DNA of 64,000 nt, taken from NCBI GenBank assembly GCA_050260105.1, contig JBLNBR010000008.1, forward strand, positions 2,099 to 66,098, given 5' to 3'. Below the pieces are notes generated by a model. The model ran no database searches. It was not told where the DNA came from and saw only the letters and a list, made by a program, of their open reading frames with translations. Below, one piece after another: positions 19,397 through 28,870 of the stretch. Position 1 is the stretch's first letter; each line of letters starts with the position of its first letter. The DNA is from Ignavibacteriales bacterium (lineage in GTDB: Bacteria > Bacillota > Sulfobacillia > JABLXB01). A program made the translations under genes and the position numbers.

Positions 19397-21258
19397 TCTC
19401 GGTGATCATCCATCTGGCTGGAGCGGTCGCTGCAACTCTGATAACAGTGCTGCTCGTGCGTGACCTGCGATTGAGGTCTCTCAACAGGCGCCTCCTGGAG
19501 AGAGAGTCACTGTGGCGCCGGATACTGTCGGCGGTTGGGCCGGGTCTCACCTTTGACGAATCGGCTGGCAACTTGCTCGCACTGATTTCATCCCTCGTGG
19601 ACGCTCCGGGCTACTACCTATACATGAGCGGAACTGAGTCGAACGCGCTTTCGCTCAGAGTGATCAGAAGTGAACCCGAAACGATGAGGGCTGGGATATA
19701 CTACTCCAGCCTGGTGGAGGAGTATCCGGCATACGATGCCCCGCTCAGTCAAGATCCCCGGAACCAGCCCGGCGAGGTGGGATTCGTGGGCGCCGGAGAC
19801 CTTGCCCTGCTGGCTATTCCCATCAGGCGGGACGGTTCCACTATCGCCGCAATACATGTGGGCCCGGTCCGGCCCCACGACATACCTGCCGCCCGTTTGA
19901 ACCTCCTCAAGGACCTGCACCCTGCGCTGACTCTCGCCGTCACCACGATATGGGAGAATGACATCATCAGGCGGAAATCCGATGATCTCGCCGGCCAACT
20001 GGAGGCCGTATCGATAGCCGCAAGGGGGGCCTATGAACCGTCGGGGTTCGTCGAGACCATGATGTCACTCGGCGCCCGGCTCACCGGCAGCGACTCATGG
20101 CTGCTGGCTGTCTTCGATGAATACTGCCCCAGCCGTTTCAAACCGGTCTTCAGGGGAATCTCCGAGACTACTGCGCGCGAAGTCATCAGCCACCTGTCTT
20201 CGGCGCGTGCAACGGGCCTTTTCCCACGGCAGATCGAATTCATCCACGATGCCGGCGCACTCAGAGACTCCCTGGGGACGCTCCTGCGATGCGGTCGTTC
20301 TCAAGGGGTGATTTGGGCCCCCCTGGTGCACGACGACAGAGTAGCCGGCGCACTTATCCTCTTTGTCGATGCTAGACGGCCTCCTGACATCCACAAGATT
20401 CAGGCCCTCGGCGCACTTACGACTTGGCTGGTGGGCGCACTCGACAGCCTTCGTACCCAAGAGCAGGTGACGCGCGCCTATGTGGAAAGCCTCAAGACGC
20501 TGGCCACGTTCATAGATGAACAGGAAATCTACAGCAGGGGTCATTCGGCGAGAGTAGCCAAGCTGGCTCGCGAGATCGCGGGGGAACTGGATCTCGCTCC
20601 CCGGTACCTGGAGGCAGTGGAGCTGGCCGGCTACCTGCATGATATCGGGATGTGCGCGCTCAAAGGCGAACTCGTTTTTGGAGCGGCGAAGTTCACTGAC
20701 GTGGAGTACGAGGAGATGAAGGCGCACACCACCATTGGGGCTGCGCTCGTGGGGCCGGTCAACGACTTCGCCCCGCTGGCCTCCCTAATCAAGCACCACC
20801 ATGAGAGATATGATGGCGGCGGATACCCCGATGGACTGAAGGGCGAGATGATTCCCATTGGGGCAAGGATCGTCGCGGTGGCGGATGTATTCAATGCCAA
20901 GATTACGAACCGGAGCTACAGGCGGGCGCTCAGTTTCGGGAAGGCGGTTGAGGACATGGTGAAGACGGAGGGAACGATGCTTGACCCGAAGTGTGTCAAG
21001 GCGCTTCTGTCCTCGATCCGGCGGAAGCAGAACAGAGCCGAACGGCGGGGCAAGACCCTCGAGCCCTGTTGGGAGATGCTACAGTGTCCTCAGTACCTTC
21101 GTGACGCCTGTCCAGCGGGGCCCAGGGACTGCCACTGTTGGACAGTGCCGGGTGTGCGCTGTGACCTGCACGGTAGCCGTTGCGAGAGCTGTCCTGTCTA
21201 TACCGAGTACGAATTGAGGACAGGCGCTGCGCCGGGTGGTGTGGTCAATGGCCGCTAG
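19393..21258 (+). CDS. Membrane-anchored GAF-like sensor plus HD-GYP c-di-GMP phosphodiesterase with C-terminal 9-Cys tail
   Basis: HD-GYP motifs YLHDIGM and HHERYDGGGYPDGL. N-terminal TM segment. C-terminus CWEMLQCPQYLRDACPAGPRDCHCWTVPGVRCDLHGSRCESCPVY. Confidence 0.8.
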   Translation: MISVIIHLAGAVAATLITVLLVRDLRLRSLNRRLLERESLWRRILSAVGPGLTFDESAGNLLALISSLVDAPGYYLYMSGTESNALSLRVIRSEPETMRAGIYYSSLVEEYPAYDAPLSQDPRNQPGEVGFVGAGDLALLAIPIRRDGSTIAAIHVGPVRPHDIPAARLNLLKDLHPALTLAVTTIWENDIIRRKSDDLAGQLEAVSIAARGAYEPSGFVETMMSLGARLTGSDSWLLAVFDEYCPSRFKPVFRGISETTAREVISHLSSARATGLFPRQIEFIHDAGALRDSLGTLLRCGRSQGVIWAPLVHDDRVAGALILFVDARRPPDIHKIQALGALTTWLVGALDSLRTQEQVTRAYVESLKTLATFIDEQEIYSRGHSARVAKLAREIAGELDLAPRYLEAVELAGYLHDIGMCALKGELVFGAAKFTDVEYEEMKAHTTIGAALVGPVNDFAPLASLIKHHHERYDGGGYPDGLKGEMIPIGARIVAVADVFNAKITNRSYRRALSFGKAVEDMVKTEGTMLDPKCVKALLSSIRRKQNRAERRGKTLEPCWEMLQCPQYLRDACPAGPRDCHCWTVPGVRCDLHGSRCESCPVYTEYELRTGAAPGGVVNGR

Positions 21259-22057
21259 AGACGCGCCGGCCCGCGCCCGCTTCAGGGCTGCTCACAACTA
21301 CGTGGTCTACTATGGCGATGGGCGCCTCGATGACTTGGCTCAATTCGACGTTGCGATTCTCGAAAGCTCGGCCTATGCGGCAGGCGAAGTCGAGGACCTC
21401 TCGCAGCGCGGGTGCCTGCCGATCAGCTATCTCAGCGTTCTGGAATCCAGCGATCATCTGCCGTATCACCAGTTCGCCGCTTGCCGCGATTTCCTCACGC
21501 TGTCTGGTTCGAGGGTCCTGATACCCGAGTTTGACACTTGGGTAATGGATATTCGCGAGCCGCACTGGCGCGAGGTTCTTCTGACCGCTGCTGGCGACAT
21601 GTTGGAGAGGAAGCGCTTCTCCGGCTTGTTCCTTGACACTGTTAGCAGGGTGGAAGACCCGTCGTTTCCGGCGTCGCTTTCCCTGGACCTGGCCGCCGGC
21701 GTCCTCGAATTTGTCAGCACACTTCGAAGGAACTATCCCGGCGCCGTCCTCATCCAGAACCTTGGGCTTGAAAGGCTCGTTCGTCACACGGCCCCGTTGC
21801 TTGACGGCGTGTGCTGGGAAGGGTTCGGGAGTCTTCCCTGCCATGACTCCCGCGAGTGGCGCTGGATGCTCAATAAGATACGGGAGTTGAAGCAGCTACG
21901 TGAACAATACGGCATCAGGATCATGCTGTTGGGTCATGCTGCTTTGGGAAGGGAAGTAGAGGCAATCTTGAGTCGGAGCGGCCCCGATGAACTAATGTCC
22001 TGCTGGGGATTGTCCTATTCCAGGGCGGTTCAACAGGAGATGAACGACAGGGGATGA
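21236..22057 (+). CDS. GH114-like (COG2342/PelA-hydrolase-like) putative endo-alpha-1,4-polygalactosaminidase-type glycoside hydrolase
   Basis: TIM-barrel-like alternation. Blocks FDVAILE, ISYLSVLES (YxS[IV]GE-like) and GLFLDTV. Family assignment is from memory of GH114 motifs, at moderate certainty. Confidence 0.45.
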   Translation: MVWSMAARDAPARARFRAAHNYVVYYGDGRLDDLAQFDVAILESSAYAAGEVEDLSQRGCLPISYLSVLESSDHLPYHQFAACRDFLTLSGSRVLIPEFDTWVMDIREPHWREVLLTAAGDMLERKRFSGLFLDTVSRVEDPSFPASLSLDLAAGVLEFVSTLRRNYPGAVLIQNLGLERLVRHTAPLLDGVCWEGFGSLPCHDSREWRWMLNKIRELKQLREQYGIRIMLLGHAALGREVEAILSRSGPDELMSCWGLSYSRAVQQEMNDRG

Positions 22058-23139
22058 GGATCGCCTATCTTGTTCTCGACGATCTTAGCCGAATGCCCGG
22101 CGTCTGGAAGAAGGTGGTTGGCCAAGTTGAGCAATGGCGCCTTCTCGGGCACGACCCTGCCGTCTTCGCGTGCGAACCAAGGAGGGCGACTCACTCTGAC
22201 TTGATCCACGACTCTCGGGCTGCAGCCTACCCCGACTACGCTGCGGCCTACATCCTACGCAGTCTGACAGCACTGAGAGTCCGGCGTGAATTGAGCGATT
22301 TCCGGCCCGACATCGTCTACATGCGATTCGGGGTGTTCACTCCATTTGTCAGCGGCACTCTGGAAGTGGCTCGCGCCCCAGTCATCATCGAGGTTAACAG
22401 CGATGATGTTGCTGAGTATGATCGGTACGGACCGATGATAGGCGGGTACAATCGGCTTACCCGGGGACTGCTACTGTCAAGGGCTGCGGGGTTCGTCAGC
22501 GTCACCGACGAACTGCGTGCTCGCTTGGGCCGTCCGGCGGTACTTCACGTGGTCGTTCCCAACGGAGTCGCATGGAGAGAGTTCGCACGGCTACCCGCGC
22601 CAGGGAACGATAGGCCAAACATCGTCTTCGTGGGGTCTTCCGATCAACCGTGGCAGGGTGTGGACAAGATAACATATCTTGCCAAGCGATGTCCCGAGTT
22701 CACGTTCCATGTTGTCGGTCCTAAGAACGTGGAGGTCCTACCGAATGTCGTTGTACACGGTTGGAAACTAGGTAAGGACCTTCAGCAGATATACGCGGTG
22801 AGTGATGCTGCGATTGGAACACTCGCTCTCCACAGGAAGGGCATGAATGAAGCGAGTCCCCTCAAGGTCCGAGAGTATTTGGCATACGGAATTCCCAGCA
22901 TTATTGGCTACCACGATCCTGATCTCGAAGGTCATATTCCGGGAATACTCAAGCTACCTAACCACGAGCACAATGTCGCGAATGCCGTATCGGAAATACG
23001 ACAATTCATCGTGGCACACGTTGGCAAGAGAGTTGGTGACGGAGTCAAGCTACTGATCGATTCTGGTAGGAAAGAGGCAAAAAGGGTGGGTTTCTTCCAA
23101 ATGGTCCTTGATCAGCATAGACGGCAAGCGCCACTATGA
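22054..23139 (+). CDS. Glycosyltransferase (GT4-like, GT-B fold)
   Basis: C-domain KVREYLAYGIPSIIGY (E-x7-E-like region). 361 aa. Last gene of the co-directional run. Confidence 0.55.
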   Translation: MRIAYLVLDDLSRMPGVWKKVVGQVEQWRLLGHDPAVFACEPRRATHSDLIHDSRAAAYPDYAAAYILRSLTALRVRRELSDFRPDIVYMRFGVFTPFVSGTLEVARAPVIIEVNSDDVAEYDRYGPMIGGYNRLTRGLLLSRAAGFVSVTDELRARLGRPAVLHVVVPNGVAWREFARLPAPGNDRPNIVFVGSSDQPWQGVDKITYLAKRCPEFTFHVVGPKNVEVLPNVVVHGWKLGKDLQQIYAVSDAAIGTLALHRKGMNEASPLKVREYLAYGIPSIIGYHDPDLEGHIPGILKLPNHEHNVANAVSEIRQFIVAHVGKRVGDGVKLLIDSGRKEAKRVGFFQMVLDQHRRQAPL

Positions 23140-24339
23140 CCTCCGCACGGGTGCTGTCCTCTTATACAGCGATACAAGCGACTCTGCTGCTGCCCTGCTG
23201 GATCGCTCGGATTGAATGTACCGCAGGCCCGACTCAGTCAGGTGCGACATGAGTCCAGAGTCATCCCGCAGACGCAGCAGAGATGATGCTAGCGACACGG
23301 GATCGCGCTCAGGCACCAGGATTCCTGTGTCTTCGTGGTGAATGATCTCGCGCAACCCGCCGACCGCGGACGCTATCACCGGTTTCCCGCAGGCCATGGC
23401 CTCGAGTACAGCCATAGAGCACCCCTCGACTGCTCCGCTGGGAGAAGAGACTGAGGGTATCACCACAACGTCTGCGGCGCCATAGAGTGCAGGCATACGG
23501 TCGTTCGGAATCTGTCCAAGCAAGGAGAGACATCCGCTAACGCCCAGATCTGCAGCTAAGCGAGTCAGATCCCCCGCCTGCTCGCCAATTCCCAGCACGA
23601 GGACGTGTGGCTTCCTTCCCTCCGACCCGACGAGGGCCGGCAACGCCCTGATAAGGAATTCCGCCCCGTACTTGGGGAGCAGCCGCCTCGGGCAGAGTAT
23701 GACGAAGTCGTCGTCATCGAGGCCCAACCGCTGCCGCTCGACCTTCCTATTCCCGGCTCGCTCTGTGAACCGTTCCACATCGACGAAATTGGGCATCAAG
23801 ACGACCTTGTCGGGTTGGGCTCCGTGTTTGACAACGTGTTCGGACAGCCTAGATGTCACGGTAATAACCACGCCGGCTCTCGTATAAGCCTTCTCCTCCT
23901 GGTTCAATAGGAAACCGTGTGCCGGGCTGTTGGTGGGAACCCTGCGATCCTCCACGGCCTCTGCGGCGAGGTAGCCGTGCACTGTCATGACAACGGGAAT
24001 GCCTCGTGCCCGATCGAGTCCCCATGCCGCATTGGCAGCGGAAACGTCTTGAGCATGAATGGCGTCAAAACGGCTACGAGTGAGGGCCTTGAACATCTGC
24101 GCTCTCAGCAGATACTGGCTGAAGACATAGGCGGTGACCATTCCGCAGGGGAAACGTAGGAAGACGGCCAGCGCAGTCGACATTCTAGGACCGATCGCCT
24201 TGAACTCGTCCGCCACACCCAGGGGCGTGACGACGACGGCCTCGTGGCCGGCGGCCCGCAGGGCGCGGCACAGCGAATTGATGTGTGATGAGACCCCACC
24301 GACTGTCGGCGTTACGCCGGCGGCAATCAGAATGCGCAC
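23134..24339 (-). CDS. Family 4 glycosyltransferase (convergent to the operon)
   Basis: AVLEAMACGKPVIASAVGGLREII is the GT4 signature. N-terminus MRILIAAGVTPTVGGVSSHI. Confidence 0.8.
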   Translation of the reverse strand: MRILIAAGVTPTVGGVSSHINSLCRALRAAGHEAVVVTPLGVADEFKAIGPRMSTALAVFLRFPCGMVTAYVFSQYLLRAQMFKALTRSRFDAIHAQDVSAANAAWGLDRARGIPVVMTVHGYLAAEAVEDRRVPTNSPAHGFLLNQEEKAYTRAGVVITVTSRLSEHVVKHGAQPDKVVLMPNFVDVERFTERAGNRKVERQRLGLDDDDFVILCPRRLLPKYGAEFLIRALPALVGSEGRKPHVLVLGIGEQAGDLTRLAADLGVSGCLSLLGQIPNDRMPALYGAADVVVIPSVSSPSGAVEGCSMAVLEAMACGKPVIASAVGGLREIIHHEDTGILVPERDPVSLASSLLRLRDDSGLMSHLTESGLRYIQSERSSRAAAESLVSLYKRTAPVRRS

Positions 24340-24494
24340 CGCACACCGCCCCTGAGCGGAAACGGCTGACCACTACCCACAATCTTACCATAACAACGCA
24401 ACAAGCGGGATTCGGAATCCACAGGATGACAAGGAGTTCCCCCTGTGACGGCTAGAATGTAAATAGGCAGACTCTGAAGGGAGAGTGAGGCTCC

Positions 24495-25409
24495 GTGCTC
24501 AAGCCCAGCGGTTCATGGGTGGCCATCGCCACACCGTTCACCGGGAATGACGAGATTTACTTCGAGGGCTTCTTCGAGACGATAGACTTTCAGGCCGGCC
24601 ACGGGACGTCGGCCCTGCTCGTAATGGGATCCACCGGTGAGTCGACGATGCTTTCTTTGGACGAGAAGCGCGAGATCATCTCGCGCGTGGCCCCCTACGC
24701 GAAGGGTAAGATCCCCACGTTCTTCGGGACCACTTGCCCCACCACGAAAGACACCATCAATCTGAGCCGGTTCGCGGAAGAAAAAGGCGCCGACGGTGTG
24801 CTGTTCGTCATACCCCCGTACATCCGGCCCCCACAAGAGGCCGTATTCACCTATTTCAAGACGGTGATGCAGAGCGTCTCCATCCCAACGGCGGTATACA
24901 ACAACCCCATCAGGGTCGGAGTCAACATTGAGCCGGCGACCATCCTGCGGCTGGTTGAGGAGTGCCCGAACTTCGTGGCGGACAAGGAGGCCATGGGGAA
25001 CGTCGCGCAACTTGCCGAAGTAATAGGCGGCGCCCAGGGCAGGATCCACGTGTTGTGCTGTGACTACCCAGCGTACTCAATTACTGTCCCGACGCTCGGC
25101 CTGGGCGGCCACGGCACCGCGAACATCGGTGGGAACATCATACCCGAAGAGATGGCGCAGATGTCACAACCCTGGAAGACGTTCGACGACGTGCAGCGGA
25201 CTCGGAACATATTCTTCAAGTACTACCCGCTGCTGAAGCTGCTTTATAGCGTCACAAACCCGGTCGCGGTCAAGGCCGCCCTGGATATCCTCGGATTGCC
25301 CTGTGGGAAGCCCAGATTGCCCCTTCCCGAAATGGCGCCGGAGCGCAAGGAAGAGCTCAGGCGCACGATGGAGAATCTGGGAGTGGTCGAGAAGTACCGG
25401 CGTCGGTAG
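24495..25409 (+). CDS. DapA/NAL-family class I aldolase (dihydrodipicolinate synthase-like)
   Basis: GSTGESTMLSLDEKREI, YNNP, and the Schiff-base Lys context FVADKEAMGN. Confidence 0.75.
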   Translation: MLKPSGSWVAIATPFTGNDEIYFEGFFETIDFQAGHGTSALLVMGSTGESTMLSLDEKREIISRVAPYAKGKIPTFFGTTCPTTKDTINLSRFAEEKGADGVLFVIPPYIRPPQEAVFTYFKTVMQSVSIPTAVYNNPIRVGVNIEPATILRLVEECPNFVADKEAMGNVAQLAEVIGGAQGRIHVLCCDYPAYSITVPTLGLGGHGTANIGGNIIPEEMAQMSQPWKTFDDVQRTRNIFFKYYPLLKLLYSVTNPVAVKAALDILGLPCGKPRLPLPEMAPERKEELRRTMENLGVVEKYRRR

Positions 25410-25418
25410 GGAGCGCTC

Positions 25419-26330
25419 TTGAAGGGGGGATCTCGCGTGTTTTCAGGTATATTTGCGCCGATTGCCACACCATTCGAGGGCGGCGAGATATCGTTCCGGA
25501 GGATGAAAGAGAATCTCGCCAGGTGGGGAGAAACCGGTCTCGCAGGGGTGGTCGTGCTCGGCTCCAACGGGGAGTTCGTCCTGCTGGATGAGGACGAGAA
25601 GGAGCGCCTGGTCGGATTCGTTCGCGAGAACCTGCCGGCATCCAAGAAGGTGATCGCCGGCACTGGGTGCGAGTCCACGCGGGCCACGGTGAGACTGTCC
25701 AAGAAGGCGCGCGACCTCGGAGCCGATGCAGTCCTCGTCGTCACCCCATCCTACTACAAGGGCGGGATGACGGACCATGCTCTCCAAGACTACTACACTG
25801 CGGTCGCCAACGATTCGCCGTGCCCTGTGCTGCTGTACAACATGCCGCGTAACACAGGGGTCAACATGTCCCCGTCGCTCGTGGCATCGCTCTCCTCCCA
25901 CCCTAATATCGCCGGCATCAAGGACAGTTCGGGCAATATCGTGCAGATATCCGAGATAATCGCACGATCCAGGCCGGGGTTCGCCGTCTTCGCTGGATCG
26001 GGGAGTTTTCTCCTCGCGACCCTGCTGATGGGAGGGGTGGGCGGAACCCTGGCGGTCGCCAACGTGATACCTGACGTGTGTGTGAGGATCGCCACCATGT
26101 TCAGTGAGGGAAGAATCCGCGAGGCCAGAGACCTTCAAATGAAGATACTCGATCTCAACGCGGCAGTGACTTCACGATGGGGCGTGGCGGGGCTGAAGGC
26201 GGCGCTCGACATGACGGGGTACTTCGGAGGCGACCCGAGACCGCCGCTCAGGCCGCTCCCGGCGCCCCAAAGAGTGGAACTCCAGGATATCCTTACGAGG
26301 ACGCTTGATGCTGTTGGACACGGCAGATGA
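25419..26330 (+). CDS. DapA/NAL-family class I aldolase (second tandem paralog)
   Basis: GSNGEFVLLDEDEKERLV, YNMPRNTG and IAGIKDSSGN. Confidence 0.75.
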   Translation: MKGGSRVFSGIFAPIATPFEGGEISFRRMKENLARWGETGLAGVVVLGSNGEFVLLDEDEKERLVGFVRENLPASKKVIAGTGCESTRATVRLSKKARDLGADAVLVVTPSYYKGGMTDHALQDYYTAVANDSPCPVLLYNMPRNTGVNMSPSLVASLSSHPNIAGIKDSSGNIVQISEIIARSRPGFAVFAGSGSFLLATLLMGGVGGTLAVANVIPDVCVRIATMFSEGRIREARDLQMKILDLNAAVTSRWGVAGLKAALDMTGYFGGDPRPPLRPLPAPQRVELQDILTRTLDAVGHGR

Positions 26331-26397
26331 CCGGCGCGAGGACTAATAGCGCTCGCACCGTGACGAACGCATCCACCGACGACGAGGAGGTTAAGAC

Positions 26398-27570
26398 ATG
26401 AGTGAGGGACACCGCAACTCCAGAGAGGTAGTTCTGATGGGTCCGGGACCGAGCAACTGCGACCCCAGGGTGTTGAGGGCGATGTCTGAGCCGACGCTGG
26501 GACACCTCGACCCAAGATTCCTTGCCATCATGACGGAGACGATGGGCCTGCTGAGGGATGTATTTCAGACCCGGAACCAGCTCACGCTCGCCATGCCTGG
26601 CACAGGAAGCGCGGGCATGGAGACTTCGATGGTCAACATGCTCGAACCCGGGGACCGCGCCATCGTGTGTGTTCACGGCGTGTTTGGGGAGAGGCTTGCC
26701 GACGTGGCCGCCAGGTGCGGGGCGGAAGTCACTGTCGTCGAGGCCCCCCGGGGTGAGCCGATCGATCCTTCGCATGTTCGCGAAGCGCTGAACAGGGTCA
26801 AAGGGGCGAAATTACTTGCAATAGTGCACGCGGAGACATCCACGGGTGTACTCCAGCCGATGGCGGATATCGTCGAGATGTGCAAGAAGCACGGGCTGCT
26901 GGTGGTGGTGGACGCGGTGACGTCCCTGGGCGGCGTCCCGGTGGACGTGGACCGCTCCGGTTTCGACTTCGTCTACTCCGGAACCCAGAAGTGCCTCAGC
27001 TGTCCTCCGGGGCTCTCCCCGGTCACCCTCAACGAAAACGCCGTGAAAGCCTTGAGTGCCCGCAAGACCAGGGTCCGGAGCTGGTACCTGGACCTCACCA
27101 TGATCCAGAGGTACTGGGGTCAGGAGAGGTTCTACCACCATACGGCTCCGGTGAACATGATATACGCGCTGCACGAGGCCCTGACCATTATCGCCGAGGA
27201 GGGCCTGGACGAGCGTTTCAAGAGGCACGCAACCAATGCCGCAGCCCTGGCGGCCGGTCTCGAGGCAATGGGGTTGAGACTGCTGGTGGCCAGGGACTAC
27301 CGGCTGCCGTCGCTCACCACAGTGGTGATTCCGGAGGGCGTCGACGACGTCGCCGTCAGGAAGAGGCTGCTCGCCGACTATAGCATAGAGATCGGTGGGG
27401 GACTCGGCACCCTCAAGGGCAAGATCTGGCGCGTGGGTCTCATGGGCCACACGTCTCAGAGATCGAACGTGCTACTGTTCCTTTCGACACTGGGGGCCGT
27501 TCTCCGTTCAACCGGATTCAAGGCCGACACAGGGGCGGCCCTGGCTGCCGCGGGCGAGTGCTATTCGTGA
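26398..27570 (+). CDS. Class V aminotransferase (serine-pyruvate/alanine-glyoxylate aminotransferase family)
   Basis: PLP-Lys motif SGTQKCLSCPPGLSP and the overall AGXT-family layout. Confidence 0.75.
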   Translation: MSEGHRNSREVVLMGPGPSNCDPRVLRAMSEPTLGHLDPRFLAIMTETMGLLRDVFQTRNQLTLAMPGTGSAGMETSMVNMLEPGDRAIVCVHGVFGERLADVAARCGAEVTVVEAPRGEPIDPSHVREALNRVKGAKLLAIVHAETSTGVLQPMADIVEMCKKHGLLVVVDAVTSLGGVPVDVDRSGFDFVYSGTQKCLSCPPGLSPVTLNENAVKALSARKTRVRSWYLDLTMIQRYWGQERFYHHTAPVNMIYALHEALTIIAEEGLDERFKRHATNAAALAAGLEAMGLRLLVARDYRLPSLTTVVIPEGVDDVAVRKRLLADYSIEIGGGLGTLKGKIWRVGLMGHTSQRSNVLLFLSTLGAVLRSTGFKADTGAALAAAGECYS

Positions 27571-27681
27571 AGGTAGGCAGGCGTCTTCAAACCTGCGGAT
27601 TCCAGAGACCATCTGACGCGGATGGGACTGCCCGGATTGGGGTCCCATCCGCCTCATGGCGTCGCCGCCTTGTTCGCCGGA

Positions 27682-28554
27682 CTACACCGGCGTCCCGGTC
27701 GAGTTGGCCAGGTCCCTGAAGGCTTCTACGAGCCTGTTCGTGATCGGGCCTGGACTGCCCGAGCCGATCCTCCTGCCGTCCGCGTTCACCACGGGGATTA
27801 CCTCCGCGGCGGTGCCCGTCAGGAAGCATTCATCTGCGACGTAGACGTCATGCAACGCGAACGCGTCCTCCACGACGGCTATGCCCATCGACCGCGCCAG
27901 TTCCATGACCGCGTTCCTCGTGATCCCCTCGAGCGGTCCGAGGTGGAGCGGTGGGGTGATGAGTATGCCTTTGCGGACGATGAAAACGTTGTCGCCCGTG
28001 CCCTCCACGACGTAACCCTGGGCGTTGAGCATGAGTACCTCGGGTATCCCCGCGGTATTTGCGATCATTTTCGCCATTATGTTGTTGAGGTAGTTAAGCG
28101 ATTTCACTCTGGGGCTGAGAGCGTCCGGCGCGGTGCGACGCGTACTGACCGACATCACTGCCAGGCCCTTTTCGTAGAGTTCGGCCGGGAAGAGAGTGAT
28201 CGCGTCAGCGATGATGAATACGGTTGGCCTTGGGCACCTCCTTGGATCCAGCCCGAGATCGCCCGGTCCACGCGTGACGACGAGCCTGATGTAGCAGTCG
28301 CGGAGGCCGTTTGCCCTTACGGTGTCGACCACAGCCCGCTCCATCTCGCTCCATCCGATCGGTATGTCCAGCATGATCGAACGGGCGGATTCGTACAACC
28401 TATCCAGGTGCTGCGTCAACCGGAATACCCTACCGTTGTACCCGCGTATGCCCTCGAATACCCCGTCGCCGTAGAGTACGCCGTGGTCGAAAACTGAGAC
28501 CTTGGCCTCAGTCTCGGGGACAATTTGGCCGTCCAGGTAGATCATCCTTGGCAT
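27682..28554 (-). CDS. Class IV aminotransferase (branched-chain amino acid / D-amino-acid aminotransferase)
   Basis: EGTGDNVFIVRKG (ExxxxNxF motif) and RLTQHLDRL. About 290 aa. Confidence 0.75.
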   Translation of the reverse strand: MPRMIYLDGQIVPETEAKVSVFDHGVLYGDGVFEGIRGYNGRVFRLTQHLDRLYESARSIMLDIPIGWSEMERAVVDTVRANGLRDCYIRLVVTRGPGDLGLDPRRCPRPTVFIIADAITLFPAELYEKGLAVMSVSTRRTAPDALSPRVKSLNYLNNIMAKMIANTAGIPEVLMLNAQGYVVEGTGDNVFIVRKGILITPPLHLGPLEGITRNAVMELARSMGIAVVEDAFALHDVYVADECFLTGTAAEVIPVVNADGRRIGSGSPGPITNRLVEAFRDLANSTGTPV

Positions 28555-28564
28555 TCTACCGTCC

Positions 28565-28870
28565 TCCTTCAGTTCCAGGTTTGTTCGCCAGGGGTTAGTC
28601 GAAAGGAAACCACAGGCCCCCCGTTCCCGCAGCGTTCAACTGCTTAGGGACGAGGGGCCTCGTTGTACCACCCTAATTCGCCGCGCCATCAAGGTGCGGC
28701 CTCACCCGTGCGCATCCCCTCTCGGGGACACCCATCGTTGACGATAACGGCCTCTGCCGGCGGGGCCTACTAGTGTCTGCCACTTTCAGCCTGCCGCTCC
28801 GGGATGACTCCGGTTGCGGGCTTACGGCCGGCTCTCACCTTCCCGGCTCTCTGTGGCGCCTGCCCCGCAG
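28565..28870 (-). promoter_or_regulatory. T-box riboswitch-like leader upstream of the class IV aminotransferase
   Basis: Minus strand reads GGCCGTTATCG (F-box CCGUUA), then AATTAGGGTGGTACAACGAGG (T-box AGGGUGGNACC). A terminator-like helix CCCCTCGTCCC…GGGAACGGGGGG plus U-rich tract follows, then RBS GAAGGAGG. A GGTGA distal-loop motif and a GAGUCAUC candidate specifier (GUC or AUC) lie in stem I. Confidence 0.5.
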
